A DNA stretch of 64,000 nt from Paludibacteraceae bacterium (GCA_045639365.1 JAZUCY010000010.1:20615-84614); one strand, 5' to 3'; positions 35,260-44,794 are shown, numbered from the stretch's first letter. Notes: generated by a model not told the origin, from the letters alone. Numbers and translations: made by a program.

Positions 35260-35928
35260 ATGTATTGGCTATTATTTATCACCATCGCGTTGGTGAGTTG
35301 GGGCGTGAGTGCCCTAATGGAGCATCGCTTTAAGGAGTATTCACAGGTCTTCCTGCCACTTACAGGCCGCCAAGTAGCAGAGAAAATGCTCCGCGATAAT
35401 GGTATCACCGATGTTCAAGTGACTTGTACCCCAGGTCACCTGACTGACCACTATGACCCTCGTACCAAGACGGTGAACCTATCAGAATCCGTATATAACT
35501 CTGCCACTGTAGCTGCGGCTGCAGTAGCAGCACACGAGTGTGGTCACGCACTGCAACATGCTTTCGCCTACGGTCCATTGCGTATGCGTAGCGCATTGGT
35601 GCCAGTCGTGAGTTTTGCTTCACGTTGGGTGACATGGATATTGTTGGGCGGTATATTGTTGATACACTCTTTTCCGCAACTGCTTACTATCGGTGTGATT
35701 CTCTATGGTCTCACGACTCTGTTCTCGTTCATCACCTTGCCTGTAGAGATTAACGCTAGCACTCGTGCCGTAGCATGGTTGGAGATAGCAGGTATCACTG
35801 ACCGTGAGACCACTCCCATGGCAGCCAGTGCATTGCGTAGTGCTGCCTATACATACGTAGTAGCCGCCCTCGCATCTCTGGGCACACTCATCTACTATGT
35901 GATGATTCTCGTGGGCAGAAGGGATTAG
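35260..35928 (+). CDS. membrane zinc metallopeptidase (YpfJ/Zn_peptidase_2-like)
   Basis: 222 aa with the HECGHALQH zinc motif and several TM segments. Confidence 0.8.
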   Translation: MYWLLFITIALVSWGVSALMEHRFKEYSQVFLPLTGRQVAEKMLRDNGITDVQVTCTPGHLTDHYDPRTKTVNLSESVYNSATVAAAAVAAHECGHALQHAFAYGPLRMRSALVPVVSFASRWVTWILLGGILLIHSFPQLLTIGVILYGLTTLFSFITLPVEINASTRAVAWLEIAGITDRETTPMAASALRSAAYTYVVAALASLGTLIYYVMILVGRRD

Positions 35929-36091
35929 AGGCGAGAGGTTAGAGGCTGGTAATATGCGACTACGTCGCTGAGCCTTGCTTTTTACTTGAAACAAATAAGT
36001 CAAAATCGCTGATTTTGACTTAAGAGCGGAGGCAACGAGCGCCCTAACGATGACAGCGTCATCGGTCAATGCGCGAGTTAGCCGAACGCGA

Positions 36092-36165
36092 GGCTCCGTA
36101 GCTTAGCTGAATAGAGCGTCAGATTCCGGTTCTGAAGGTCCTGGGTTTGAATCCCAGCGGGGTCA
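36092..36165 (+). tRNA. tRNA-Arg (anticodon CCG)
   Basis: Folded by hand as a 74-nt cloverleaf. Acceptor stem GGCTCCG/CGGGGTC (2 G-U pairs). D arm GCTT-AGCTGAATA-GAGC. Anticodon arm TCAGA-TTCCGGT-TCTGA. Variable loop AGGTC. T arm CTGGG-TTTGAAT-CCCAG. Discriminator A. CCA is not encoded. Confidence 0.85.
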
Positions 36166-36193
36166 CTTGGATTTACGATTTGACAATTTAGAA

Positions 36194-36934
36194 TTGACAA
36201 AACGGTTATTATACATAGTATTGTTGTGGGTTGGGTTGGCGTTGTCAGCCCATGCTGAGGTGGTAGTACTTCGTTCGGGACAGACTGTCAAAGGCGAGAT
36301 ATTGCTCAATAACGAGGAAGTAGTGATTTTACGTCAGAAAGATGGATTGCGCTATCAGTATCCGCAAACGGAAGTGGTGTCTATCACAATTGAAGACCCT
36401 ATGCTAACTGCTGTAATTCCTGCTGAAGCACCGAGCCCCAAGGTCATTGATATTTGTCTGTCGGCATACGGTGGCGTAGCCTTTGTGCCATACAAGGGTA
36501 CAGGTGCAACGGCCGAAGTGCATGCTATGGTGGGTAGTCATAATCTGCTCAACAGGCAGATGTTCTTGGGTGGAAGTGTTGGCTATCGAGGTGTGTTTAT
36601 CGGAGAGCAAACCTATTCATGGATACCGCTACAACTCGTCTTGCAGTTCCCCATTGCCAATAGCCCATCACCACAAGCCCATCGCCCATTGGTCGGCGGG
36701 TCCTTGGGATATGCTTTGGCTACAAACAAAGAGTGGGGAAGTGGCGTGTGCGCCGACATACACGTTGGCTGGTGGTATCAAGTCAGCGAGCGTAGCTCCC
36801 TCTCGCTCGCACTCAAAGCCCAATGGCAACAATCGGCTATAACCGTAGTAGAAACGATTCAAGAAACGCAATATACCAACCACATTGGTTGTAGTATCTT
36901 AACATTGGGTGTCAGTTTCGGCATACACTTTTAG
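36194..36934 (+). CDS. hypothetical secreted or outer-membrane protein
   Basis: Signal-peptide-like (L)TKRLLYIVLLWVGLALSAHA followed by alternating beta-strand-like sequence. The track start at 36167 abuts the tRNA 3' end, so a TTG at 36194 is proposed. The start remains uncertain. Confidence 0.45.
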   Translation: MTKRLLYIVLLWVGLALSAHAEVVVLRSGQTVKGEILLNNEEVVILRQKDGLRYQYPQTEVVSITIEDPMLTAVIPAEAPSPKVIDICLSAYGGVAFVPYKGTGATAEVHAMVGSHNLLNRQMFLGGSVGYRGVFIGEQTYSWIPLQLVLQFPIANSPSPQAHRPLVGGSLGYALATNKEWGSGVCADIHVGWWYQVSERSSLSLALKAQWQQSAITVVETIQETQYTNHIGCSILTLGVSFGIHF

Positions 36935-36953
36935 TCCAAATCGTAACACGCGC

Positions 36954-37178
36954 ATGAAGAACAAAGCCACCACATCATCTCGCTCGCTCAAGCATCCTCA
37001 CCAACGGGAGGCACGCACACACCGTGTGTGTATTAAGCTCAATGATAGCGAGATGCGCGCACTCAACCGCTACTGCGAGAAATACAACGTGCAAAACCGT
37101 TCGCGCTTTGTCCGTGAGACATTGATGCGCACTGTACTCAAACAGTTTGAAAAAGATGCACCGACCCTTTTCGATTAA
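36954..37178 (+). CDS. small basic protein, possibly ribbon-helix-helix-like
   Basis: 74 aa from the ATG at 36954. The stretch RVCIKLNDSEMRALNRYCEKYNVQNRSRFVRETLMRTVL resembles RHH/MobC-type folds. This is a weak call. Confidence 0.35.
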   Translation: MKNKATTSSRSLKHPHQREARTHRVCIKLNDSEMRALNRYCEKYNVQNRSRFVRETLMRTVLKQFEKDAPTLFD

Positions 37179-37213
37179 CCATCGCCCATCGCCAATAGCC
37201 AATCACCAATAGC
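37179..37213. repeat. five tandem heptamers CCATCGC CCATCGC CAATAGC CAATCAC CAATAGC, filling nearly the whole spacer between convergent genes
   Basis: Read directly. The array starts right after the TAA at 37176-37178 and ends 1 nt before the RNB gene stop codon (37215-37217). Confidence 0.9.
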
Positions 37214-37214
37214 C

Positions 37215-38822
37215 TTACTTCTCCACCAACTCAAAATCTATCTTCTTTCGCTCCACATCGACTCTCGTCACGCGTACGCGAACGCTATCAGATAGCGTAT
37301 AGGTGTTACCACTACGAGCGGCAATCAAGCAGTAGTTCTCTTCGTCGTATTGCATATAGTCGTGTGGCTCAATCGTGCGTATAGGGACCAATCCTTCGGT
37401 GAGCGTATCCGACAACTGAACAAATAAGCCAAACTCAGTCACGCCACTAATCACGCCATCAAACTCTTCGCCAATGCGGTTGCTCATCCAACGTGCTTGC
37501 ATCTCCTTGATGGAGTTGCGCTCCGCCATTTGTGCCATCTGTTCGGTATCGGAGCAATGTACGCATGCCTCCTCCAGTACTTCTTTGTCGTGACGGCAAG
37601 TGACTTTGGACTGCAATAGATAGCGTGCTACCAAACGGTGCACCATCATATCCGGATAACGGCGGATAGGCGAGGTGAAGTGTGTATAGTAAGGGAAAGC
37701 CAATCCGTAGTGTCCGATATTGGAAGTTGAGTACACCGCTTTGGCCATCGAACGAATCGTCAGTGTCTCTATCAGCGTTTGGCTATTGGTTCCCTGACAA
37801 CTCTCGAGCAAGGCGTTGATATGCTTGTTTTGTACGCTTCGTTTGGCAGAAGTGCGCAAGTGCAAACCAAACTGACGAATGAAATTGCCTAACTTCACCA
37901 ACTTCTCAGGATCGGGCACATCGTGTACACGATATACGAATGGCCTTCTCGCCTCATCGCCTTCTCGCCTCATCGCCTCTTTTCCTCCTATCTCTTTGGC
38001 TACAATGCGATTGGCAAGTAGCATAAACTCCTCTATCAAGTGATTGGCCTCGGTCAAGGTACGGAAAATAATCTCCGTAGGGTTGCCTTCGCTATCCAAA
38101 TGGAATTGCACATCGGGTGTCTCAAAATTGATAGCACCGCGCTCAAAGCGCTTCTTGCGCAACTCTTTCGCCAATCGGTTCAGCACTTGCAGCGCTGCAG
38201 ATAATGGACTGCTACTATCATCTTTATCCAATATCTCTTTGGCTTGTTGGTAGGTCAATCTGCTGTCGGAATGAATAACCGTTCGGCATATCTTATGACG
38301 GATCACTTTGGCCTGTTCGTCCATCTCCACCACGACCGACATGCATAGTTTATCTTCTTCGGGACGCAAACTACACAACTCATTGCATAGTCGTTCGGGC
38401 AACATAGGTATCACACGATCCACCAAATAAATGCTTGTACCGCGTTGATAAGCCTCTTCGTCCACTGCCGATCCCTCTTGTACATAATGTGTGACATCGG
38501 CGATATGAATACCAATCTGATAGTTTCCCGACTCAAGCACTTGGAAGGATAACGCATCGTCAAAATCTTTTGCATCATCAGGGTCAATAGTGAAAGTGAG
38601 CACATCGCGCATATCGCGACGGCGCAAGACTTCTTCCGCAGTGATAGCAGTAGGCAAGTGCTTCAACTCGCGCATCACTTCGTCGCTGAAATCAGCAGGT
38701 AATTGGCACTCTTCTTTGACCGTTGGTTCGGCTATCGTATGTCTCTCTATGGCGTTGCGTTCGGCACGTGCACGTTGCTGTTCACGGCGTTTACGCTTCG
38801 CTATTAAATCTTTCATTCGCAT
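37215..38822 (-). CDS. RNB-domain exoribonuclease (RNase R/II family) lacking the usual N-terminal cold-shock domains
   Basis: 535 aa. The RNB core begins about residue 75 (LTFTIDPDDAKDFDDALS). It has a C-terminal S1 domain (FDGVISGVTEFGLFVQL). Only ~170 bp separate the start from pgk. Confidence 0.85.
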   Translation of the reverse strand: MRMKDLIAKRKRREQQRARAERNAIERHTIAEPTVKEECQLPADFSDEVMRELKHLPTAITAEEVLRRRDMRDVLTFTIDPDDAKDFDDALSFQVLESGNYQIGIHIADVTHYVQEGSAVDEEAYQRGTSIYLVDRVIPMLPERLCNELCSLRPEEDKLCMSVVVEMDEQAKVIRHKICRTVIHSDSRLTYQQAKEILDKDDSSSPLSAALQVLNRLAKELRKKRFERGAINFETPDVQFHLDSEGNPTEIIFRTLTEANHLIEEFMLLANRIVAKEIGGKEAMRREGDEARRPFVYRVHDVPDPEKLVKLGNFIRQFGLHLRTSAKRSVQNKHINALLESCQGTNSQTLIETLTIRSMAKAVYSTSNIGHYGLAFPYYTHFTSPIRRYPDMMVHRLVARYLLQSKVTCRHDKEVLEEACVHCSDTEQMAQMAERNSIKEMQARWMSNRIGEEFDGVISGVTEFGLFVQLSDTLTEGLVPIRTIEPHDYMQYDEENYCLIAARSGNTYTLSDSVRVRVTRVDVERKKIDFELVEK

Positions 38823-38863
38823 ATTTTCAAAGCAATTTTATGGGGCGTATCACAAAAATCGTG

Positions 38864-38871
38864 CAAAGATA
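38864..38871 (-). promoter_or_regulatory. -7 promoter box (TATCTTTG on the minus strand) for the RNB gene
   Basis: The plus strand reads CAAAGATA, about 42 nt upstream of the ATG at 38822. Confidence 0.5.
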
Positions 38872-38905
38872 CAAAAAAAAATTTGCATATTTGCAATATT
38901 TATAG

Positions 38906-38913
38906 TAATTTTG
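38906..38913 (+). promoter_or_regulatory. -7 promoter box TAATTTTG for pgk
   Basis: TAnnTTTG match about 81 nt upstream of the ATG at 38994. Confidence 0.55.
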
Positions 38914-38993
38914 CACCCAAATTCGGCAAAAAATCAATATTGAACCATTTTGCACAACTTTGAACAATACAAACAATTAAATAATACACGATT

Positions 38994-40241
38994 ATGACTA
39001 TCAATGATTACAAATTCGCTGGCAAAAAAGCGATTGTTCGCGTGGACTTCAATGTGCCATTGAACGAGAATGGAGTGATTACTGACGACACCCGTATCCG
39101 TGGTGCGTTGCCTACCCTCAAACACATCCTTGAAGAGGGTGGTGCGCTCATCATCATGAGCCACATGGGTAAACCAAAAGGCAAAGTAGTAGCTAAATAT
39201 AGTTTGAAACAAATCGTTGACGCTGTGAGCGCTGCACTCGGTACTCCAGTACAATTCGCTGAGGATTGCGCTAAGGCTGCTGAGCAAGCTGCTGCACTCA
39301 AAGCAGGCGAAGTACTCTTGCTCGAGAACCTCCGTTACTATCCAGAGGAGGAAGGCAAACCAGTAGGTATCGACAAAGAGGATCCTGCATACGAGGAGGC
39401 TAAGAAAGCTATGAAAGCAAGCCAAAAAGAGTTCGCTAAGACTCTCGCAAGCTATGCTGACTGCTATGTGAACGATGCTTTCGGTACCGCTCACCGCAAA
39501 CACGCTTCTACCGCAGTTATCGCTGACTACTTCGATGCTGACAATAAGATGCTCGGTTACCTCATGGAGAAAGAGGTAGAGGCTGTTGATAATATCCTCA
39601 AGAACATCAAACGTCCTTTCACCGCTATCATGGGTGGCTCTAAGGTAAGTACCAAGATTGGTATCATCGAGAACCTCATGGACAAGGTGGACAACTTGAT
39701 TCTCTGCGGTGGTATGACTTATACTTTCGCTAAGGCTAATGGTGGCGAGATTGGTAACTCTATCTGCGAGAACGACAAGTTGGAGCTTGCATTGGACATC
39801 ATCGCACAAGCTAAGGCTAAGGGTGTAAACCTCGTATTGGCAACCGACTGCGTAGCAGCTGATGATTTCTCTAACGATGCTAATACCCAAGTTCTTCCAA
39901 GCAACGCTATCCCAGAGGGTTGGGAAGGTGTGGACGCTGGTCCAGAGAGCCGCAAAGCATTTGCTGCTGCTATCGAAGGTGCTAAGACTATCCTTTGGAA
40001 CGGTCCTGCAGGTGTATTTGAGTTTGACAACTTTGCTGCTGGCTCTAAGGCTATTGCAGAGGCTATCGCTACTGCAACTGACAATGGTGCTTACAGCTTG
40101 ATTGGTGGTGGCGACAGCGTAGCTTGTGTCAACAAGTTCGGTATGGCTGACCGCGTAAGTTATATCTCTACTGGTGGTGGTGCATTGCTCGAGGCTATCG
40201 AGGGTAAAGTGCTCCCAGGTGTAGCTGCAATCAAAGGCTAA
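38994..40241 (+). CDS. pgk: phosphoglycerate kinase
   Basis: 415 aa with the motifs [21 protein letters not shown] and STGGGALLE. Confidence 0.97.
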   Translation: MTINDYKFAGKKAIVRVDFNVPLNENGVITDDTRIRGALPTLKHILEEGGALIIMSHMGKPKGKVVAKYSLKQIVDAVSAALGTPVQFAEDCAKAAEQAAALKAGEVLLLENLRYYPEEEGKPVGIDKEDPAYEEAKKAMKASQKEFAKTLASYADCYVNDAFGTAHRKHASTAVIADYFDADNKMLGYLMEKEVEAVDNILKNIKRPFTAIMGGSKVSTKIGIIENLMDKVDNLILCGGMTYTFAKANGGEIGNSICENDKLELALDIIAQAKAKGVNLVLATDCVAADDFSNDANTQVLPSNAIPEGWEGVDAGPESRKAFAAAIEGAKTILWNGPAGVFEFDNFAAGSKAIAEAIATATDNGAYSLIGGGDSVACVNKFGMADRVSYISTGGGALLEAIEGKVLPGVAAIKG

Positions 40242-40444
40242 TAAAATAACGACCGTTCACTTCGTTCTCTGTTAGAAGTCAGATCGTTCACTATCGCTCA
40301 CTGTTAGATTGCGACTTAGTCGCTGTTAGACTCCATGAATCTAATATCTAACAGCCCGTAGGGCGGTCCAACAACGCAGTGGTCTCTCAGGCGCTTTGCG
40401 CCGGTCTAACAGTACCGCAGGAACGGTCTAAAAAAGAATTTTTT

Positions 40445-40846
40445 ATGGAAATTTCAGGTAAGATTATACAAGTATTGCCAGAGCAAGGTGGCGTGAGCAA
40501 GACCTCTGGCAAGGAGTGGAAACTCCAAGCATACGTGCTTGAGACCCAAGAGCAATATCCTCGTAAGGTGCACTTTGAGGTGTTTGGCGAAGATCGCATC
40601 AAGGCTAACCCTTGCCAAGTGGACGATATCGTAACCGTATCGTTTGATATCGAGAGCCGCGAGTTCAATGGTCGTAGGTACACCTCTATCCGCGCATGGA
40701 AGATTCAGCAAGGTGTGGTAGAGGCTACCGCTGCTCCACAAGCAGTACCAGCAGCTCAACCTGTTGTTGCTGCTGCTCCACAAGCCAATACTGCTACTTT
40801 TGATGCCGCTGCTGGCGTGGACGAAACAACTGATTTGCCATTCTAA
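40445..40846 (+). CDS. DUF3127 domain-containing protein
   Basis: MEISGKIIQVLPEQGGVSKTSGKEWKLQAYVLETQEQYPRKVHFEVFGEDRI...ESREFNGRRYTSIRAWKI, followed by an Ala/Pro/Gln-rich tail. Confidence 0.8.
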   Translation: MEISGKIIQVLPEQGGVSKTSGKEWKLQAYVLETQEQYPRKVHFEVFGEDRIKANPCQVDDIVTVSFDIESREFNGRRYTSIRAWKIQQGVVEATAAPQAVPAAQPVVAAAPQANTATFDAAAGVDETTDLPF

Positions 40847-41856
40847 TGCGTCGTTTGGTAGGATGGATACTATTCTTATGTCTTCTCGCAGGTGGCGCGA
40901 CACTTTGCGCCATCCGCTGGCAAGCGTGGTTTGGTAATCCTGCCGAACCTACATGGACTGAGGAGAAAATAGATCATCAGTTCACGACGATGACCAATGA
41001 TAGTGTGTTGCGTGATGTACAACGCGACACGCTATCATTCCTTTTGTTGGGCGATATACATAATTCGCTCACGAACGAGCAGATGGCTACACTCACTCAC
41101 CGCCATTCGGATATACAGTTTTACGCCCAACTGGGCGACTGGATGGAGCGTCCATATACCTACTACGAGCAGATGATGTATCACTCGCTCCTCGGTACTG
41201 GTTTGGATACACTACCCGTCGTGGCTATCCCAGGCAATCACGAGTACCTCAAAGGTGTGGTAAAAACCCTACCTGAGAAGTGGAAAACCATCTTCCCTAA
41301 TCCGCAGAATGGTCCAGCCCGATTCTTGGGCACCACCTATTATGTAGATTTCCCCCAACTGCGTCTGATAGCCCTTGACACCGATGGCCTTCACCGCATG
41401 TCCGACTATACGCAAGTAGCGTTCTGGCTAAAGAAAACGCTACGCGAAGCTGGTGATAAGTACACTATTGTCATCATGCACCATCCTGTCTATAGTACAG
41501 CACAAGGACGGAGTAATCCCTTCATTTGGCTCGCTTTTCATGGTCCTCTACGCGAAGCGGATGTTGTGTTCTCGGGGCATGATCACAATTACGCTCGCCG
41601 TACCGAGCACTACAAAGCTCGTTTCTGGAAGAAAGAAGAGCCAACGATTTTTATTGCCACAAATGCTTCTACCAAGGTGTATCCTGTCAAAGAAAAAGTC
41701 CGCTATGATAGTTCGTTTTTTGGCGAACCGGTGTATCATCATATTACCGTGACTCCCACCACACTTGTGATAAGCACGTATAATCTCTCTTCAAAAGAAT
41801 TGATTGATCAAGTGCAACTTCTGCCGTCAAGAGTCACCGCGCCTGCTATCGAATAA
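40846..41856 (+). CDS. metallophosphoesterase family protein
   Basis: 336 aa with the motifs LLLGDIHN, GDWMERP, IPGNHEY, VIMHHP and SGHDHNY. The ATG overlaps the upstream TAA. Confidence 0.8.
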   Translation: MRRLVGWILFLCLLAGGATLCAIRWQAWFGNPAEPTWTEEKIDHQFTTMTNDSVLRDVQRDTLSFLLLGDIHNSLTNEQMATLTHRHSDIQFYAQLGDWMERPYTYYEQMMYHSLLGTGLDTLPVVAIPGNHEYLKGVVKTLPEKWKTIFPNPQNGPARFLGTTYYVDFPQLRLIALDTDGLHRMSDYTQVAFWLKKTLREAGDKYTIVIMHHPVYSTAQGRSNPFIWLAFHGPLREADVVFSGHDHNYARRTEHYKARFWKKEEPTIFIATNASTKVYPVKEKVRYDSSFFGEPVYHHITVTPTTLVISTYNLSSKELIDQVQLLPSRVTAPAIE

Positions 41857-43159
41857 TCAGCCATCTTGGTTGGTTATTTTTTTTATCTGTCGAATAGAGT
41901 TGCAAGGTAGGGTCGTCGGTCGTTTTGATTTGTACGCCAATCAAATCTGCCCATTTTTGTGCTTTCTTAGCATTTCTGCGGCGTCGTTGAATGTTGCGCG
42001 TGTCTTTCTCCCAATGGCGTTGCTTTTTGCTTTTTAGTTTCGGTTGATGTGTCACGCCTATTTGGATAGCTTCTTGCACTTCTTCTGTGGTGGCAAAGCT
42101 CAGTGGTTCGTGGCTCAATGTCCTGCATTTCTCTAAAAACACATTCCATTCGTCCTCTGTCTTGTCCACCACTGCTTGCGACCCTGCTTCGTCATTGGTC
42201 ACACCCATCACTTTGTTCCACACGCGTTGCGTGACAGCTTCTTCCGAGATATAGTAGGGCAGGTCTGTGGGTACGTATAGTAGTTTGAACTTTACATTCT
42301 TCATCTTTATTCGCTTCGTTATTGCAGGTTCCTCTACCACTTGCAAAGTTGGTTCATTGGGTAAAGTCAGTGCCAAACGCAAACCGCAGTATTTCGTGGC
42401 TTGCATAGGGTCTTGTCTGTATCGATGCGATATATGACTATTGGCTCTACAATTGTCGAAACTACTTCCGCGCACAATTTTTTCTGTACCCGAGATAGGT
42501 CCTTTGGGATTAGGCTCTGTTCCTAATTGATAGGGAGCATACCAATCGCTACACCATTCGCTCACGTTGCCCGTCATATCGTACAGCCTCAATTCGTTAG
42601 GGCGTTTCAAACCGACAGTATGTTTGCGATAACCGCTGTTGCTCAATCCCCAACTCACGCTATCTACTATATTGCTGCCCGCAAACCGATAGTTTTCGCT
42701 CTTATTACCGCCTCGCGCAGCAAACTCCCATTCCGCCTCTGTGGGCAAACGAAAAGGCAGTCCTGTCAAACTATCCAAGCGCTGAATAAACACTTGGCAA
42801 TCATACCAACTGACGTCCGTGATAGGATGGTTCGGGTTGTGCCATTCGTCCATAATCTCCCATTCGGGCATAACGGCTTTCCATAGTGCCTGTGTCACTT
42901 CGGTATGCCCAATATAGTATGCATCAAGTGCGATGGTATGTGTGGGTAAATCAATGGAGACGGGTTCGCGATGCTGCTCGTGTGTACCACCCATCACGAA
43001 CACTCCGCCCTCTACGCGTTGCATGCTAAACGGAATACTATCCACCTCGAAACGAAGCACTTGTAGCGAGTCGGCGATCTTGCTGCGCGAGGATGCAACA
43101 ACGGTGTTGATCCCTAAGAGAAACCAACCTACTACTATATATAATGTAAATTTGTGCAT
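41846..43159 (-). CDS. formylglycine-generating enzyme (SUMF1/FGE-sulfatase) domain protein
   Basis: It contains HTEVTQALWKAVM, RLPTEAEWEFAARGG, NVSEWCSDWY and RGSSF. The start was set at MHKFTLY (43159). Confidence 0.8.
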   Translation of the reverse strand: MHKFTLYIVVGWFLLGINTVVASSRSKIADSLQVLRFEVDSIPFSMQRVEGGVFVMGGTHEQHREPVSIDLPTHTIALDAYYIGHTEVTQALWKAVMPEWEIMDEWHNPNHPITDVSWYDCQVFIQRLDSLTGLPFRLPTEAEWEFAARGGNKSENYRFAGSNIVDSVSWGLSNSGYRKHTVGLKRPNELRLYDMTGNVSEWCSDWYAPYQLGTEPNPKGPISGTEKIVRGSSFDNCRANSHISHRYRQDPMQATKYCGLRLALTLPNEPTLQVVEEPAITKRIKMKNVKFKLLYVPTDLPYYISEEAVTQRVWNKVMGVTNDEAGSQAVVDKTEDEWNVFLEKCRTLSHEPLSFATTEEVQEAIQIGVTHQPKLKSKKQRHWEKDTRNIQRRRRNAKKAQKWADLIGVQIKTTDDPTLQLYSTDKKNNQPRWLIIR

Positions 43160-43269
43160 ATCCGACACGAAGTAGTACAACATTTATGCCAATCTGCCAC
43201 AAAACAATAGAAAATACACCAAAAATACAAAAAATATGAAAATAATTTGGTGGTGTGAAAAAAATATAG

Positions 43270-43277
43270 TACTTTTG
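43270..43277 (+). promoter_or_regulatory. -7 promoter box TACTTTTG for rpsP
   Basis: TAnnTTTG match about 95 nt upstream of the ATG at 43372. Confidence 0.55.
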
Positions 43278-43371
43278 CAGGCTTTTTCGTGTAAAAGGCA
43301 TACCATTATTATTTATTATTAACCCGAGCATGCAATTCGAGAAATTGTAGCTCACAAATAAACAAACAGAA

Positions 43372-43911
43372 ATGGCAACAAAAATTCGTTTGGCTCGTCA
43401 TGGTCACAAGGACTACGCTTACTACCACATCGTAGTAGCAGACAGCCGCTCGCCACGTGATGGCAAAATCATTGAGCGTATTGGCTCTTACAACCCAAAC
43501 AACAACCCTGCAACCGTAGATCTCAAATTTGATCGCGCATTGTATTGGGTAAACGTTGGTGCTCAACCTACTGACACTGCTCGCAACATCCTCGCTGGTG
43601 AGGGCGTTATGCTCATGAAGCACTTGAACGGTGGCGTTGCTAAGGGTGCATTCTCTGCTGAGGAGGCTCAAAAGCGTTTCGAGGCTTGGAAAGCACAAAA
43701 GGATGCTAAATTGGGTAAGATCAGCCAAGCAGAGGCAGACAAGAAAGCTGCTGCTGCAAAAGCATTGCTCGCTCAAGAAGTAGAAACCAACAAGGCTAAA
43801 GCTGCTGAGGTAGCTAAGAAGCGCCAAGAGGCTGCTGATGCTCTCGCTGCTGCTGCCGTAGAGGCTGCTCAAGAGGCTGCTGCTGCAGAGGCTGAGGTTG
43901 CTGCTGAGTAA
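43372..43911 (+). CDS. rpsP: 30S ribosomal protein S16 with an Ala/Glu/Lys-rich C-terminal extension
   Basis: [42 protein letters not shown] followed by a ~90-aa low-complexity tail. Confidence 0.95.
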   Translation: MATKIRLARHGHKDYAYYHIVVADSRSPRDGKIIERIGSYNPNNNPATVDLKFDRALYWVNVGAQPTDTARNILAGEGVMLMKHLNGGVAKGAFSAEEAQKRFEAWKAQKDAKLGKISQAEADKKAAAAKALLAQEVETNKAKAAEVAKKRQEAADALAAAAVEAAQEAAAAEAEVAAE

Positions 43912-43936
43912 TTGACTATCACACAGATTGACAATT

Positions 43937-43977
43937 AAAAAGAGAGTTCAAAACTGCGGTTTTGAACTCTTCTTTTT
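43937..43977. terminator. bidirectional intrinsic terminator after rpsP and after the convergent lipoprotein gene
   Basis: 12-bp stem AGAGTTCAAAAC/GTTTTGAACTCT with loop TGCG, flanked by an A-run and a T-run. Confidence 0.75.
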
Positions 43978-43998
43978 GTACTCTAACCAACTCAGTGA

Positions 43999-44439
43999 TT
44001 ACTCCACCACTTGCTTGAAGGTCAAGGTGTGGGTCACATCTCGCTCGCCTACTTTATCTTTCTCGGCATAACGTACAGATAGTACCAATTCATCAGCCGT
44101 ATGATTTTCTATACGAAAGAACTGGGCTGTTTCGCTGTAGTATTTAGTGGCATACTCCGTTGTTATGATGTTGTCGGACACTGTGTAGCTGTATGTATCT
44201 GCCACATCCGAAACCAGCAATTGGCCATCTTTGGTAAACTCCCATACCATACCCACTTCGTATGACTCGGATACAAAAATGTCCTCCGTGTCATTTACAA
44301 AATAGTATGTACGACTTGCATCAATTACTTCCCATTTGCCAATAATCGTCATCTCATCCAGACCATTGTCGCAAGAGGTCATCAGTATCGAGCCAAGTAG
44401 CACCAATAAATTAGCTATCCAAAATTTAATTGCTTTCAT
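43999..44439 (-). CDS. hypothetical lipoprotein (lipocalin-like size)
   Basis: 146 aa with a lipobox (LMTSC). A minus-strand TACCTTTG promoter box lies at 44469-44476. Confidence 0.5.
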   Translation of the reverse strand: MKAIKFWIANLLVLLGSILMTSCDNGLDEMTIIGKWEVIDASRTYYFVNDTEDIFVSESYEVGMVWEFTKDGQLLVSDVADTYSYTVSDNIITTEYATKYYSETAQFFRIENHTADELVLSVRYAEKDKVGERDVTHTLTFKQVVE

Positions 44440-44575
44440 ACGTTATTTATAAGGGACTATTTTTGTCGCAAAGGTACTGCTTTTTTTTCAAACAACCAAA
44501 CTTTCTTGGAGTATAAACCCCAAAAGTCACTACTTTTTCTAAACATGTCCTATTTATGACCTTGAACTATCAATC

Positions 44576-44758
44576 TTAATCCAACTCTATACAATACTTC
44601 TCGCAGAGATATTTCACCACTTTAGGTGGTAGTATTTTTGTACGTGGAGTGATGCTGTTTGCTATCAGGTATGCCTCATCGCTGCGTAGCCAACGCCTAA
44701 AGGTCTCTCCGCTCACGCCAGCAGCGCGAGCCAATTCTATTTTCGTATATGCTTTCAT
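44576..44758 (-). CDS. DUF4248 domain-containing (HTH-like) protein
   Basis: 60 aa: MKAYTKIELARAAGVSGETFRRWL...LPPKVVKYLCEKYCIE. This type typically accompanies VirE-like genes in Bacteroidales. Confidence 0.65.
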   Translation of the reverse strand: MKAYTKIELARAAGVSGETFRRWLRSDEAYLIANSITPRTKILPPKVVKYLCEKYCIELD

Positions 44759-44794
44759 AGTTTTTTGTTGGTTGTCATGCTGCCGTTCCCGTTA

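Noticed and set aside
36167-36193. The track start (TTG at 36167) for the 255-aa ORF.
   Set aside because: It begins 2 nt after the tRNA-Arg 3' end, and the first 9 codons precede the signal-peptide-like segment. A start at the TTG at 36194 is more plausible, but still uncertain.
38934-39890. A 318-aa minus-strand ORF antisense to pgk. The same applies to 3568..4365 (antisense to miaB) and 5417..6226 (antisense to greA and the HIT gene).
   Set aside because: Each overlaps a strongly conserved housekeeping CDS on the other strand, and the translations have no recognisable features. These are typical antisense shadow ORFs.
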